From Lingula anatina (Eukaryota > Animalia > Brachiopoda): 64,000 nucleotides of DNA. Positions 35,830 to 49,320 of this stretch are shown piece by piece. A program made the position numbers and the translations under genes. The notes below the pieces were generated by a model. The model had not been told where the DNA came from. It was given only the letters and a program-made list of their open reading frames with translations, and did no database searches. The stretch lies in the NCBI GenBank assembly GCA_051362555.1, contig CM120643.1, positions 3,472,001-3,536,000 of the forward strand. The letters are read 5' to 3'. Numbering within the stretch: position 1 is the first letter of the stretch; each line of letters begins with the position of its first letter.

Positions 35830-36870
35830 TATGTTCCCTTGATTTGCTCTAAAGCAAGCATCAAATTCAGAATAGCAGTACATATTGCTATGCACTGAGC
35901 AAAACATTTTTGCATTTTGTCTCTAGTGTATTTTGTTTTTCCTGGAATCACTTGACCAGAAAATGGTGCTTTTTCTATTTGTTTTTTCAGAGCTTTGGTA
36001 AAGTGTCGTGTGTCCCCAAAAATTTTCAACATTGTCACATGCAGCTGGGCTTAGCTGTCCCCATCACTGGTTAAGCTTGTCCCCAATGCTGTCTTCTTCT
36101 CGTAGATTGGCTCTTCTTCTGAGCAGGAGAGCAGTATGGCAGAGCTTGTTAATAATGTAAACACCAATAACGTCCTTCTGGCTGGTCACATTCTCTGCTA
36201 CAGTGGACACAGTCTGAGTGGCTGGCTGTGCTGTTTTGTTCCCTCCGCTGAACAGGCTATTATTGTATCTCCCATCTCCTTCCACTGCTATGGGTTGTCG
36301 TCCATACCCTCTGAGATCCTGAATGTGACGTAGGTTTTTACAACATTGCTCCATGTCAGCTTTGTTCAATTCTACGTAGCCAGGGCATCTTTTGACGTCT
36401 ACCCTGGCTCTGACCTTGTGCACTCCCCTTGCCAGCTGTCTGTTGATGTGGTTAGCCCACTCTGTACATCCAGCAATGTATTGTTTGGTCTCTCTCACCT
36501 CCTCATGGTGTGGGTTGTTAGAGGTACATGGAGAGCTCAGTGGTTATAAGCCCACTCTGTACATCCAGCAATGTATTGTTTGGTCTTCCTCACCTCCTCG
36601 TGGTGTGGGTTGTTGGAAGTACATGGGGAGCTCAGTGGTACAGGGTGCTTAGGTATTCTAGCTTTTGGAGGTCCTGTTGTGTGCCACTTTTTGGAGTAGT
36701 AGTTTGACATGAACTTGCATTCTTCTTGAAATCTTCCAAATCCTCTTCCTTGTATGAAAAGTTAAAACCATTATTGTAGAGGTCATCCAGCCTCTGATGC
36801 ACACCTCTAAAGTTCTCACCCGGTGTTTTGCCAAAATATGTACTGCACTATTTGGCACTGAAGCTGCCAA
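35830..36870 (-). mobile_element. Kolobok/Mutator-like DDE transposase remnant
   Basis: IAVEGDGRYNN...KTAQPATQ...ENVTSQKDVIGVYIINKLC...DSIGD, then DTRHFTKALKKQIEKAPFS...GKTKYTR. There are frameshifts, deletions and a ~94-bp internal tandem duplication (36456 / 36550). Confidence 0.7.
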
Positions 36871-37291
36871 AATAAGTACGCTGTGAAAATAAGTATGCTG
36901 GTGACAGCTCCGTACTGGCGATCTTTGGGCATTTTTTCTTTTAGTGAAACTGTATATCTATCGATATGAAACTAAATCAAATCTATCACAACAAGGGAGG
37001 ATAATGTATAGGTTTATATTTTGAATGATTATACAGTGCAATTTTCTTAGTTATAAGATTTATAATGCAGGAATTGCCTAAAATGTAATGAACATAACAT
37101 ATTGACATGATCTATTGCAGATCAGTTTTACTTCTAGGTTCAGGTCATTAGATCATATATTATTGGTGATTTATTTTAAAAATTGAGCTGCCAAAATTAG
37201 TCCTTGAACAAAGAAGTCATGGTGCGGGCTAGTGCCTATCCTTAGTCCAAACCTTAAAATGAATTCAATACAAAAGATCTAAAAAAGAATT

Positions 37292-37432
37292 AGGTATGTC
37301 TCCATCCACTTGGTGTAGTAGTCTGACAGAGTGAGGACATATTTATTGCCATTCTCTGATAACGGCAGAGGGCCTATCAGGTCAGTGCCAACAGTCTCCC
37401 ATTTGCCAACAACTTTGATAGGCTGCAACACT
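37292..37432 (-). mobile_element. Retroviral-type integrase core fragment (Gypsy or Ginger)
   Basis: VLQPIKVVGKWETVGTDLIGPLPLSENGNKYVLTLSDYYTKWMETY. Confidence 0.85.
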
Positions 37433-38400
37433 TTTTTTAACAATGTTTATTCAAGGGAAATGGAGGCAAAGCGTTAAAAGCATTAGATGCTCTCCACGTA
37501 AAACAAAATTAAATAAGTAAATAAATAAAACAAACAGATATGTATATGCATATACACAAGAAGCACAGAAAAAAAAAATATATATATAATAACAAAAAAA
37601 AAGAGATCAAAGGAGGTCATAACTAGTTAACGTACACAACTAAGTACAAACATTAGAGATCAGATTTCAGTATTGGAACACAAAAGTTACCAGAAATAAT
37701 TAAATACAGAAAGAAAGAAAATAAAAGGCAGAAGAAAAGGATCGTAACTAATTTACGTATACAACACAACTAAATACAATTTGGATTACATTAATAACAA
37801 AGAAAATTACATGAAATCAGAAAATGAAATCAGTTCAGTCAAGTAGAGAAAAGATAGTGCTTATTGAGTGATGTCAAGGTTTTCGAGTGGAAAATTTGCA
37901 ATGGTTTCGAAGATCATTTCATTTTGGGTAGTTGATAGAGATCTATCCACGTTATTCCAACTCCTAGATTATGACTTTCACTTACGATATCACTTGCAAA
38001 AATAGAGAATAAAGTTGGCGAGATGTTGTTGCCTTGCCTTACACCAGTACGACAGTTGAACCAGTCAGTATACGTGTCATTGATTTTGACACAGGCAGTT
38101 GTTTGATAGTATATGTTTTTCAGTACTCGATAAAATTTCCATCTACCCCATTTATCAATAACTTATACAACCTAATATCTCTATCAATGTAATCGAAACA
38201 TTTTTTTAGATTAATAAATGCTGCGAATACCTGTGTGTTATTCTTAACAATACTATTGAGTGCAAAGACATGATCTTCACATGATGTATGTTTCCTGAAA
38301 CCATTTTGCTCATCTGCATGTAAGTTATTGTTATTCAGGTAAGCAGACAGTCGATTACACAATAACGTGTTATATGTTAAATATTTGTGGTGTGGCACAA
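37433..38400 (-). mobile_element. Internally deleted LINE remnant (RT fragment plus poly-A 3' end)
   Basis: DEQNGFRKHTSCEDHVFAL...FAAFINLKKCFDYIDR and TDWFNCRTGVRQGNNISPTLFSIF. Minus-strand AATAAA and A-tail at ~37433-37450 abut the integrase fragment. Confidence 0.8.
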
Positions 38401-39315
38401 GTAAATGGGAAAGTAATTGTAATTTTCTTTTAAATCCTAGCTATATAGAAGAGAGGGAGGGGTGGTGTATTACAGTATTTTATCAAAGAAACCATCACTG
38501 ATTTCATTCTACTTTATAAAAGTCTTGTATCTAGGAAAACTTGTTTCAGCATATTCATTAATTTTATATAACTTTTCTCACAGACCAGCATTTGTTGGTC
38601 TAAGTAACCAATACACATTTTGTACAAGGATCTAAGGAATAGTAAAAAATGCTAAAAGCAAAAGGCTGTTACAGTAACAACAACAAAAAAATCATATGTA
38701 TACGTATAGATATATAGTTCAAATGAAAAGATTCCAAATCTTCGCGTTATAATGATCGTTTTCTCTATAATGAAGTGAGTTACCTGAAACAGTGTACCTT
38801 TATAGTCTACCTGTAACTTTGTTATTTCGGTCAGTGTCCAAGGAGAGATTTTATCTACAGAAAACAGCAGAGCGTTTACACTAGTGTCTATAGCATACAC
38901 ATGTCACATGACCCCTCCATCTGCTATGGGAGGTCTGAATCCATAATGTGTACTGGTGGCTAGATGTGTGCCTTACTTAACTATTTTGGCTCTGATTAAA
39001 TCGGGTGCATCCTTGCATACACTGATTTCAAACTGGCCGTCTAGCAGATGCTCATCAGTATATTGGTTAGCTTCCTTTATCTGGTAAACTTCTGGTAATA
39101 TTAATTATAGGCTGGTGGTTTCTTGTTTGGACTATTTAAACCTAAGAAATAAGAATAGAAATAAAATATACTAACTGCATTTAGACTCCATTTCTCGTCC
39201 ATATTTTCCGTTTTTGATAGCATGCATAATATGAAAATGAATTTTCTATTTCTGCTTGCCACTGAAAATATTTTACTAATTCCAACCCCTGCTTCCCTTT
39301 CAAAGACCCCTATAC

Positions 39316-39605
39316 TTTTTTATGTACAGACACAGATGTGTCTGTACATATTGCCATCACCTGCGTCTGTCGTCGCCGATGGCGATGGCGATGCCGATGC
39401 CGATGCCGGCGCCGTGCACTTTCCTTGTAAACACGATAAGTGGAGGGCAGTTTTACTTTTTGGCTTTATATTTACAGAGCTGATGAATATTCATAAAACG
39501 CAGGTCAAGTTCGAAAATCAGCATGATCGGGCCATTATTGTAGAAGTTATGCTGTTTTTTCACTTTTCAGCATATTTTTCACATTTCCTCAGATTTAATT
39601 CTTAG
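39316..39605 (+). mobile_element. 5' part of a HINE/Helentron-like non-autonomous element
   Basis: T-run, 5' hairpin atgtacagacac-agat-gtgtctgtacat, then attgccatcac and a (GCCGAT)-like microsatellite, then the core 'caggtcaagttcgaa'. Confidence 0.55.
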
Positions 39606-39979
39606 GCATGTTAACAGTCTCATTATTAAACTAATAAGATACGTAAAAGTTTTTGTTTGACATTTCCTGCATCTTTACAACATTGTTAGTTGATTTTGTA
39701 AAAATGATGGTAAACTTGTTATTGTGTATTGTGTAATGAAGTTTCAAAAATGGAAATAAACTTATATCATTGCAGTTTGTCAGATTCAATCATTTACTAT
39801 GTTCAGAATCTCAGAATGGAAGAAATTGGACATTTAACACTGCTCTATTGATATTTTTCCCATCTCATCAATTTTCTTAGTTGATCATATAAAAATGGCA
39901 GTAAACTGTTAATTTTGTTCTATGTTAAAAATTGTTAAAAATGGAAAAAAAAAACATTTCAGAACAGTGCTGTCTTGTT

Positions 39980-40660
39980 TACATTTTGGCATTTTCAAGT
40001 TGTGACTTTGAAGTTCCATGGGCCTGAAGACCTTTGCTAGTCACATTTTCTGAATATCCATGATACTAATATTTTATTATTAAAAATTGATAGTCATTAT
40101 GCTGTTAAACATTATGTTATATTGCATCAAAATTTGAAAAAAACCTATTTTGGGCACTGCTCCCATGATGACCATTTAAGAAAAACCATGTCACTTACTG
40201 TTCTCAAACGTACAGGAAAGAAACATGGACTAAAATATAGCTTCAGTAGGCAATGCAATCTGCCAGTTAAACAGTTTTTTTGTGAAAATTTAATTTTTCA
40301 CATATTGGCATTTTCAAGGTGTGACTTTGAAGTTCCACAGGCTTGAAGACCCATGCTTGTCACATTTTCTGAAAATCCATGATACGTATATTTTATTATT
40401 AAAAATTGATTGTCATTATGCTGGTAACCATTATGTAATATTGCATCAGAATAGAAGAAAACACAATTTTGGGTGCTGCTGCCATGATGACCATTATGGG
40501 AAAACCATGTTACTTATGATTGCGAAACTTTCAAAAAAGAAATACAGGACTAAAATGCAGCCTGAGTTGGAAAAGCAGTCTAATTGACTTCTTTTTCTGG
40601 AAGTTTTACATTTTCAAAGGGTGAACTTGAACTCCCATGGGCCTGAAGCCTTATGTTTGT
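39980..40660. repeat. Degenerate tandem repeat, ~300-320-bp unit, just over 2 copies
   Basis: cattttcaag.tgtgactttgaagttcca... recurs at ~39990, ~40309 and ~40609. Confidence 0.85.
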
Positions 40661-41297
40661 TACACATTTTACTTACATTGGTATTACCTGTTGAGCATAA
40701 TTAGAATTTGATGTGGAATTTGCAGTTTAACATAATGTACTTTTGCATCAGAATTGACAGTAGCCTATTTTGTTATTTCCTGCTTTTTGTCTGTACATTT
40801 GACAGCTTTGCTGCCTTGTTTTCTTTTGAGTTGTTCTTTTTGTAGAAAAGTTACACTTCCATCTATCTGTCCTATGTAAGCATGTAGCAGCTACCTTATG
40901 GCAGGAATAAACATGGCCGCCTGCTAGCATATGGACTGAAAATGTCCACATAAGTTTTGAGTAGATATCAAGCCCAACCTGGTTTTCACATATATCTCAC
41001 CTTATATCCATGTCTTTTCAACCGTGAATAATTAGCTTGTCTGAGGCAGGGGCTAATATAAAAAATGAACATCTTTTATCCTCAAGTCATTGTGAGATTC
41101 TTCTTTTAATCAGCACTGCATGTAAGAATAAAGCGATCAAAATATTGATCACTAACAATGATTGGCCACTATTGCCTTTGTCATAGTAAAGAAAAAGCAA
41201 ACAAACACATATCTGAACAGTTGAAAAAATTAAAAAAGCATTGAAGGGAGGTAGAAAGACATAAAATAAACCTGGGTGCAATCTTGATCCCTGATAC

Positions 41298-41530
41298 TGC
41301 CTCATTTATGCCGTAGAGGAGTAGTCCCTCATAAAACAAATCTTCTAACACCTGGCTGTCCATTTTGTTGAGGAATTTAATGGCCACCAAGTTGCCCAAC
41401 GACAGCTCAGAGTCCAAGAAGACGCTGCCAAAGGCCCTCTACGCTAGCTGGTGATGGATTTTGAAGTTCTCTTCGTTGAGCAGACCTGGGAATGGGGCTT
41501 TTTCGTAGAACAGATCAACATCCTTCTTGT
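41298..41530 (-). pseudogene. Protein-kinase N-lobe pseudo-exon (subdomains I-III)
   Basis: After the acceptor tattgcag it reads DKKDVDLFYEKAPFPGLLNEENFKIHHQLA*RAFGSVFLDSELSLGNLVAIKFLNKMDSQVLEDLFYEGLLL: a decayed Gly-loop, VAIK and the alphaC Glu. In-frame TAG at 41439-41441. Confidence 0.7.
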
Positions 41531-43429
41531 CTGCAATATAAGGATAGTTGTTTGGATAATTGGATATTGCAATAATTGTAAAAATAATTCTAATGTAAAT
41601 TGTAAGAGTGAAAAGTTGCACATTTCTGCAAGAGACCACTCTGATCCGCAATAGAAAGGCAATTTAAAAAAGGCGATTTCCCTGCAACAACCGGACTTAT
41701 GTACCGGCTTAAAAGTTAAAGATGTTTTTGCAGCCACTAGAGGTTCATTACCTATAAAGATTACAGGAAATTGTTAATGTCATGTTAAAATCTAACACCT
41801 TGAATATGTCATACAATAGGGTAATTCTCATAAATAATGTGCTAATAGATGTAACACAAACAAACTACAAATGTATGTGGTATAGTAAGCAAATGCTTAT
41901 TATTTCTTGGTGGTTCTTTAGATGTAGGAAATATATTAGTAAGAAATATTACATACAGGTAGATGGTGGTTCTTCTGTTTCTTGGCCCCCAACAACACCT
42001 TAGAGGGCCAATTCCCCTATAATCTCTCAATTAACTGAAATTTAATAAACAAAATAAAGATACACCTCACTTTAAGTAATATACAGCAATAGGTAATCAG
42101 TTTTGTTTATAACACCTTGCCTTTTTCATTATTTTTATTTATTATTATTATTATTTTTTTTTTTTACAATTATATTTAAAACATACCTTTTGTTCTAAAG
42201 GGGACAGTTCTTTGGGCAGGGACCGCCCCCTGTCTTCCCCATACTTTCTCCGTTGTTTTTCTGTGTGTTTTGTCTTGGAACATAAATCTTATTTCCTACG
42301 TACACTTGCGTTGTCTCGGGGAACTTTGGACACAGTTGACGCTACAAGCAGGAAGATAGAGACCGATGTATGTTCCGATATTCACCAAGAACCCTTTAAC
42401 TTCACATTAATGTTTCCAATTCTCTTCAATATGCTGTGTATAATGATGTAATTCCCTATGTTTATAAAAGAAGTAATTAAGTGGAGGATGGAATTGTAAG
42501 ATTAAAATATATCAATAGTCAAGTCATCTATCTATTCTAGTGCTTTTGATTTTAAAAATTCGGCACTAACCTTCTTGTAATTTCCTGCCACGCCTTCATT
42601 TTTGCCTCATTGGTTTTGCAAACAAAAATTTCTTAGATTCCAATCACCTGTTCTCACAAATGTATAAAAAGCAATCTCTGTGAACAAAATTTAACCAAAA
42701 AGACCATGTTTTATTTTGTGGGATAACTCTCTGGTAAACTCTGAGAATTCTGTTTGAGTTTCTTAAATATCATCAAAAAAATTACAGGTAAAAATCATTC
42801 TTCTCACCATTCCTTTCTCACAGTACCAATGTAAGTTACCTGTGATTTTCTTCTTTAACTCCTAAAATTCATTATTAGTAATACATAGAAAACTAATTAC
42901 ATTCCAGGCAAAAGGGTCTGTAAACTCAAAATTGAATTTGACAGGGTCAAAAGATGCTATATTGAGAACAGATTGATTTTTTTCTATTTCCTTTGCCATT
43001 GATAATAATCTGGATTGGACTTCAAGTAAAAGTATTGTTTTGTCAATTTTGTCATTACTCCCAGAATAACCATTTTTCCCCCATTTGCAGGTTGTTTTTC
43101 TTTACTTAAAATCTTGTTGACTTTTAAAAGCTGCTGAATTCTCTTCAGTGTTCTTTTGGAATGTTTTCTTGTGGTTCATCATTTTTAACAAAATTTTAGA
43201 TGGATCACAGTTGGAGTTTATTATCAAAGTGCAGCAAGTGCAACACAAAATTTTGTTTCAGTACCTTCTTCCAGTTGAGCCAAATAATATAGCTCATGCT
43301 GAGTAACATAAGTCCCAGAAAAGCACAGATGAATGCAAATGCAAGTTTGTTGTACAGCACAAACTTTGGTGGAGGCATTTTCAAGGCAAAAGCTAACAAA
43401 GAAAAGAAAGGATAGAGCTTAAAAATGGA

Positions 43430-44600
43430 AAGCAAGGAAGAAACCAACATGCAATATGTAAAATTGTCAGCATCAGTTCTTGACCTTTTCTTTTTCAGCC
43501 TTGTAAGGGTGTTCTGTGTTGGTGTAATCTTGGTAACAAGCTCTGTGATATGCTTCAACTTGCCCATCTTACCAGTGACTCTTGATTGTATTGTAGCATG
43601 CATCTTGGCAAATGCCAGCTGCTTTTTTAAATGTATCCCAGCTTCATAATATAAAGTTTTGATACACAGTTGCAGGCACAATTTCAAACAGTGATATTGG
43701 ACCTGTGTACAGAAGGAACTGCCGAAACTCAGTTGCTTTCCAGTATGCAATTTCAAAGAGTGATCAAGGTTTCCTTGCAAACTCTGATGGTATACTGTCT
43801 TTTAAGGCCACTAAACGTCTTGATATTTCTTGCAATACCCTATTAACAATTCTACAGGATAACGGGCCCTTCATCCACAGATTTAACAGCCTTTTCACTA
43901 CCCCCAGACAAACAAGGTGCATATAATCAAGAGGAAAACATGACACCATTCTAATGTTTAGCTGAGATAAAGGGGTGGGTCCCATGTGATGGTCTTCATC
44001 ATTTTTTTTATCAAAAGAAATATCGGTTCTGACTGTAGCATTGGTTTCAGGAAAAGGCATTTTTCCCATCCACTTGCCTGCTTGAATATACTGATCACAC
44101 CCATGATAACCAGAGAAAGACTTGACATTTTTCACAAAGGGACTGGCAGGTGTATCACAAATGAATGAATGGATAGCAATAAATAAATAAATGTTTCCCA
44201 TGACAGGGGAAACCTCCCTGAATTTGTTTAAATTCATCAATAAAATCATGAAAATATTCGTTGATATCATTGGGCTTTGCTGTGCCTGAATATAATGCAA
44301 TGATAAAAGGCTTACTGTATTGGTTAGGAATATTTACAATTCTCTCCATTATAGGCCAGAAATTATGACCAGTACTCTTAAACAGAGGGAGCCCATCTAC
44401 ATTTATCTGGAGGCTAGGAGCAAAATTGTCAGATATACGCTGAATGTCTTGGATTTGATGGCAAAGGCTGTGAACAATCCCAAAATAAAAATAGTCTCCA
44501 CCACATTTACTTATAATGTCATATTGGGTAGTTGTTTTTTCTTTAATATTCTTGGGTCCTTAGGCAAATGAAGATGGTAAAAATCTGTTAAATGACCAAT
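43430..44600 (-). mobile_element. EnSpm/CACTA (CMC) transposase remnant
   Basis: QINVDGLPLFKS...FWPI, KPFIIALYSG..KP, FICDTPA, FPLDYMHLVCLGVVKRLL, IPSEFARKP, WKATEFRQFLLYTGP, with several frameshifts and stops. Confidence 0.9.
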
Positions 44601-44869
44601 GCTTATTTATGAAATTCAATGGTGTACATAATAACTTACATGTAGATTCAACAGTGGCCTTGCAGGTATTTGTGGGAGGTAGAGGAAATGGAGACTTGTA
44701 GTCTTCTCTTGATTAAAAAAAATTATCCCATTATCTAAAAATCTGTGTGTTATCCTGGGTCAGTTCCATTTTACACTTTTTTAGGTCCTTCTTAAATTTT
44801 TTTTGTGTCCATGAGGGTTCCATCTGGTTCTAGGACCTGTAATTGTGGTATTTCTTTATGTTCATATCC

Positions 44870-45000
44870 CTGTGTCATTCTTGGAGTTAGAGAGCCATAC
44901 ACAAGTTCTTTGTTGCTAAAACTTGCAGACACAACCCAACGTGATCCAGCATGATGAATGTGAATTCCAGCTGTAACTACAGGTTGCAGGCCTATCCAGA
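44870..45000 (-). pseudogene. Ulp1/C48-like protease fragment (catalytic His region, decayed)
   Basis: GIHIHHAGSRWVVSASFSNKELVYGSL resembles the IQIHHxGxHWVxS...VYDSL motif. Confidence 0.45.
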
Positions 45001-45210
45001 TAAAGCATACGGCTTGGTGAGGTGCAGTTACAACATTCAAAACGTTTTCAATAAAATGAATTTTTGTGCAACAAGACGTAGAAGATGAGGTTCATATACA
45101 CACGACAGATACGAGTGCAATCTGATGAACTCCACAGTTTAGAGATATAACTGTAAGTATTGTAGCAATGTCCAGCACAAGGCCAAAATAATAGTTCAAG
45201 TTCCTAATTG

Positions 45211-46094
45211 TTACTTTCTTCCACCTCCATCTTTTCTTTCTGGTGCCCATTTTAGATAGTTAACGATGCTTCCTTCTCTGTACAGCTATATCTTGACATC
45301 ATGACATCTGGAAAAAAAAGTGAAGTAGAAATGTAAGCATATATGTATCGAACGTACGCTGGCAGGCGTGCCTATCATAGCTCATTGAGGGATTCTAAGA
45401 ATGAGGTTAAGATTGGGTGTTAAATTCCAGCTAGGGTGCAAAATGTAAGAACTATTTTTTTAGACTTAGCTGCCTAAACTGGAGCTGATAGATAGCTGAT
45501 ATGTTTATTACAAAAAACAAATCAGGCACAAATTACAGCAGTAAATGTTAAACACAATGCAACATTAATTTAATTACCTTTGATCACCTTAAAGAAGTTG
45601 CTGTGCCCAAACGGAAATTTATTTCTCTTCCCTGAAAAATTCATCCCAGCCATGACTGTTGGTCATACACCTACAAATAATATTTATAAAATAAAGGATA
45701 TATTGAATAAAATCAGAAATGTCTTGGTTTGATCAAGAAAAGTCCAAAAAATTGGAATAATAACCTGCACTTATTTTTAAAATTCTGATAAAAAGGTTTA
45801 TACTGCCAAACTAACCAGTATAACGTAGCTATACACATGTAGGTTCAACTTTGTAATGTAATTAATTTACTAACATGGACAGAAATGTGTCAAGTGTAAA
45901 AGTATTAGTTATCATTCCATAAAGGTTTGATCATAACTTATACCTGAGTTCTAGGTTTCAGATATGTATTTTACACATTAAACACAGGAAAAAATTAAGT
46001 AAATGCATATATATTAGTATTTGTCCTACCTTTGCATGGCCTTTTTAGTGTGATCACACATGTTGATACCTCCTATCGCAGCAACTGTGGCTTT
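45211..46094 (-). pseudogene. Decayed three-exon DUF4806/BEN-like accessory gene of EnSpm-type transposons
   Basis: Exons 46030-46094 (KATVAAIGGINMCDHTKKAMQR), 45578-45670 (CMTN/VMAGMNFSGKRNKFPF...KVIK) and 45211-45307 (...SIVNYLKWAPERKDGGGRK*). Splice sites are canonical, with two frameshifts. Confidence 0.6.
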
Positions 46095-46499
46095 CTATCA
46101 AATGGAAAAAATAAATGTCATTATTATAAAAATAATAACTAGTTTTTGTAATTATATTATTGAAACTGTGTGGCAAAACTTGCAAATATACAGGCATCAA
46201 ACAGCAAAACATGCTTTCTTTTTGGTAATTTTAGGTACTGATGTTATATATGAAATGCCCACAGTCACAAGATGGACAGAGACATACATATGTCACGCTG
46301 ATCCATATTGCATGAACTAATAAAAAGGGAAAAAATCTTCATATTTGAGTGTTGAAAGTGTAACTGTAAGGAACTGGAAAAAATGAAAAATATCTATTCT
46401 TACCAAGAGACTAGACTGTTCTTGTACCTGTTCTTGTACATGAGACATTTCACATGTTTCTTTTGGCTTTCCCACATTTCCGTAATTTTTTCTGTGTTT

Positions 46500-47495
46500 A
46501 ACCAAGTGTGTCCCGTCCTGCAGGATCACTGAAGGCTGCCAGCAGCTGGTTAATTAGATTTAATGTTTCTTTCTCACTCCTGGTGGTACGTCTGCAATGC
46601 AAAGCAAGCTCTTTCCTAGCCAGTGGTTTCATATTTTCATCTCTGTCAGTCGATGGGTGCAGTTCATTTGCCTTGGCATCAAGTAAGAGCTGGAGGTTGT
46701 CTCTGTCCCAAGTGAAGATGTACTTGCTGAGGGTGGACATGAAGACACTGTATAGGGGGTGGGAATCAGTGGTGCAGCCAGTAGACAGGCGCCTCATAAA
46801 ATGCCAATGTCCAGCCTGATGACTGTATCTTCCCAACTGTAAAAAATCTTCTTCAGGTTTGTTTTACTACAACAGTCCCTCTCCACATATACCAAAGTTG
46901 GAGGGGGTTCTCCTGCATCCCTTCACCTAGTAACCAGCCCCTGTGCCATTTTGGTCAAGCCATGGCCCTCACCTGCAGTCATCACAGAGTTCAGGACTTG
47001 ACCGTGCTCATTTCCAACATTCGTGCACCAAATAGCGGTCTTGGTTGCCAGGTTGCCATACCAGCTAATTTCTTGACGACCTTTTTAGTTGAATCAAGCT
47101 TTAATATATTTCCAAACTGACTTGTCAGCACTGCTTTCAGTTTGGGAAGCCTGTCCATGACATAATGGCATATGCATGCATCAGCCATCTTGGTTGGGGA
47201 ACATGCTCTCTGGGCGGAGGCTGAACAAACACTGGAGGGGCAATGAGACCTGTCTGGGAAGCTTTGTGGAAGGGATCACAGTCTGACCCATACTGGACAA
47301 CCTTCCTGAGCCAGGGGTCTGTTTGTTGTACACGAAGCTTCTTTTGTATTTGTGAGCTTCTGATTCTTAGGCCCCTCTCTTGTAAAAGACTGATCACTTT
47401 AACATTGCAGGCCAACTTTGCTGTTAGAACAGCTGGGAAGTAAAGTGGGTGGCCAACATCCAGCTGTTGGATTATGTCCATACTCCAACTCACCA
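46500..47495 (-). mobile_element. DUF6729-like DDE transposase remnant (superfamily uncertain, MULE-like DxxH motif)
   Basis: QLDVGH...FPAVLTAKLAC, PRWL, ILKLDSTKKVVKKLAG, WCTNVGNEHGQVL, VYVERDCC, WHFMRRLSTGCTTDSHPLY, KELALHCRRTTR, with frameshifts. Confidence 0.75.
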
Positions 47496-47539
47496 GTTTC
47501 CAAACCAATCTAAAAGCCCCCCCCCCCCCCCCCCCCCCC

Positions 47540-47660
47540 AAATTCCAATTTGATTAGTCTTTGCGCCGCTAAAATATGTCTGTCATTCAGCCATCCATTT
47601 CCTAACAGTGTATTTATGTCCCCTTTGGTTAGCCTGACACCTCTAACAGTGAGATTTTCA
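47540..47660 (-). pseudogene. Ulp1/C48-like protease N-terminal fragment
   Basis: LTKGDINTLLGNGWLNDRHILAAQRLIKLEF carries the WLND motif. It ends at a poly-C run (47517-47539). Confidence 0.55.
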
Positions 47661-49129
47661 TCTTCATTTTGTGTCCTATCATTGTCTATAGCTGATATGG
47701 GATGGTTGCAATACCCTGAAAGGGATTTCAGCTGGTACTCAACCACACCCTCACTCTCACAGTTGGTACATATATTTTCTGTTATCTGAGATTGCAATAT
47801 AAAGTCAAATGATAAGTAGGTGTAGGATGTTAGCCTTTTACAATATGGGTTATATATGTATTATTTATATATAACATCAGCAGGCAAGATTATGTCCCTT
47901 CTCTAAAAGGATTTTAGAGAAAATTTTTACTCTAAAATCTGTCTTTAGTCAGGTTAGAAAAAGTAATCATTATAAATATATTTTTTTTTATTCAAAAAGG
48001 GTATTTCAGCCATACTATGGCAACATTAGATAAACATTTGGAGATGATAGATATGTAGTTCACATTTTAAATTGCAAAGTACAGATTCATTGCTCAAGAC
48101 AATTCTTCAATTATAAGATGAAAATTTCAGTCTAACCTATATCCAGAAAAATGCACAATCTGGTGACGACACATATTAAAATGAATGCTTCTTAATGTAT
48201 ATTTGCCAATTCAGGATACATGTATCTAATTAAATCTACATTTGTCCTTTTATACAAATAATATTAATACAAATTATTTAAACATTACCGTTATAAGTTG
48301 CTATACCTGATAAACATCTTTTATGTGTCTTTGGCTCACCCTTGGTAACTGTAGGTGGCAAAGGAAGAACAGGAGAAGGGCAACAAGGTATACTGGTAGA
48401 ACGGTAATCCTCTCTTGGGCTAGTAATGTCTGTTGGTAGCTCTAAATCAGGAAATCTATTTTCAGTTTTTATTACCCAATATTAAACTATTCAGTTCTGT
48501 TTCATGTGCTAGTAATGTGCATACTTTGGTGTTGTTGTTGTTATTATTATTATAATTATTAAAAGCAGCACAGATTATGCAAAAATACTACGGAGCAACT
48601 AAAATCTAGAGTACTAAAACCATCATCATCTATGTTCTCTTTGTTTTGGGAAGGTCTACATGGCTTGATCCTAATTAATTGTCCTGATTATATGTCTTTT
48701 CTAGTCATATATTTTCTCTACTGACATCTGTAATGTTTGTTCTACAAACCCATCACCATCTCCACATTCCATCAGTTGAAGGATTGTATTTTGTAGGAGT
48801 AAACAGTGTGGATACTGTGTTGTGAAGGTGAAAATATTCTGCACAGAAAACTGAGGAGCCCTGTGATACAGTGGTCAGGGCATGTCTTCTCTCTTCAGGC
48901 TCACTTTTTATTCTGTGTCTTCAGATAATGCAGACTTGTTGATAAATCATTTTTCAACCTTTGACATTGATTAGCAGAAATGAACCCTTTGATCTGCCAA
49001 AAATCACACTGTTCTCTGAAAGCCCTTAAGCCTTTTGCGCCATCTGCTGCAATGTTAGCACAGCTCTATGCCTTTCTGGCATATTTCTGTGGATCCAGGG
49101 TTCTCCTATCATCTGCAAACCATTTTCCA

Positions 49130-49320
49130 CAGGCAGAATCTGGCACAAACTAGTCCAATTTTATTTTACTTAATTGTCATGTGATTTGTTAAAGAAGGTG
49201 GTGTAAGTGAGGCTCTCCAATCCGTTTTTATTCATTAGAGAAAAGCCCCTTTCTGCATCGGCACTGCTGACTGGAAGGACCATCACAATGGCCAAGAGAG
49301 CACAAATATTGGTTATTTGT
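49130..49320 (-). mobile_element. hAT transposase C-terminal dimerisation-domain remnant
   Basis: NICALLAIVMVLPVSSADAERGFSLMN, then after a frameshift DWRASL. Confidence 0.75.
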
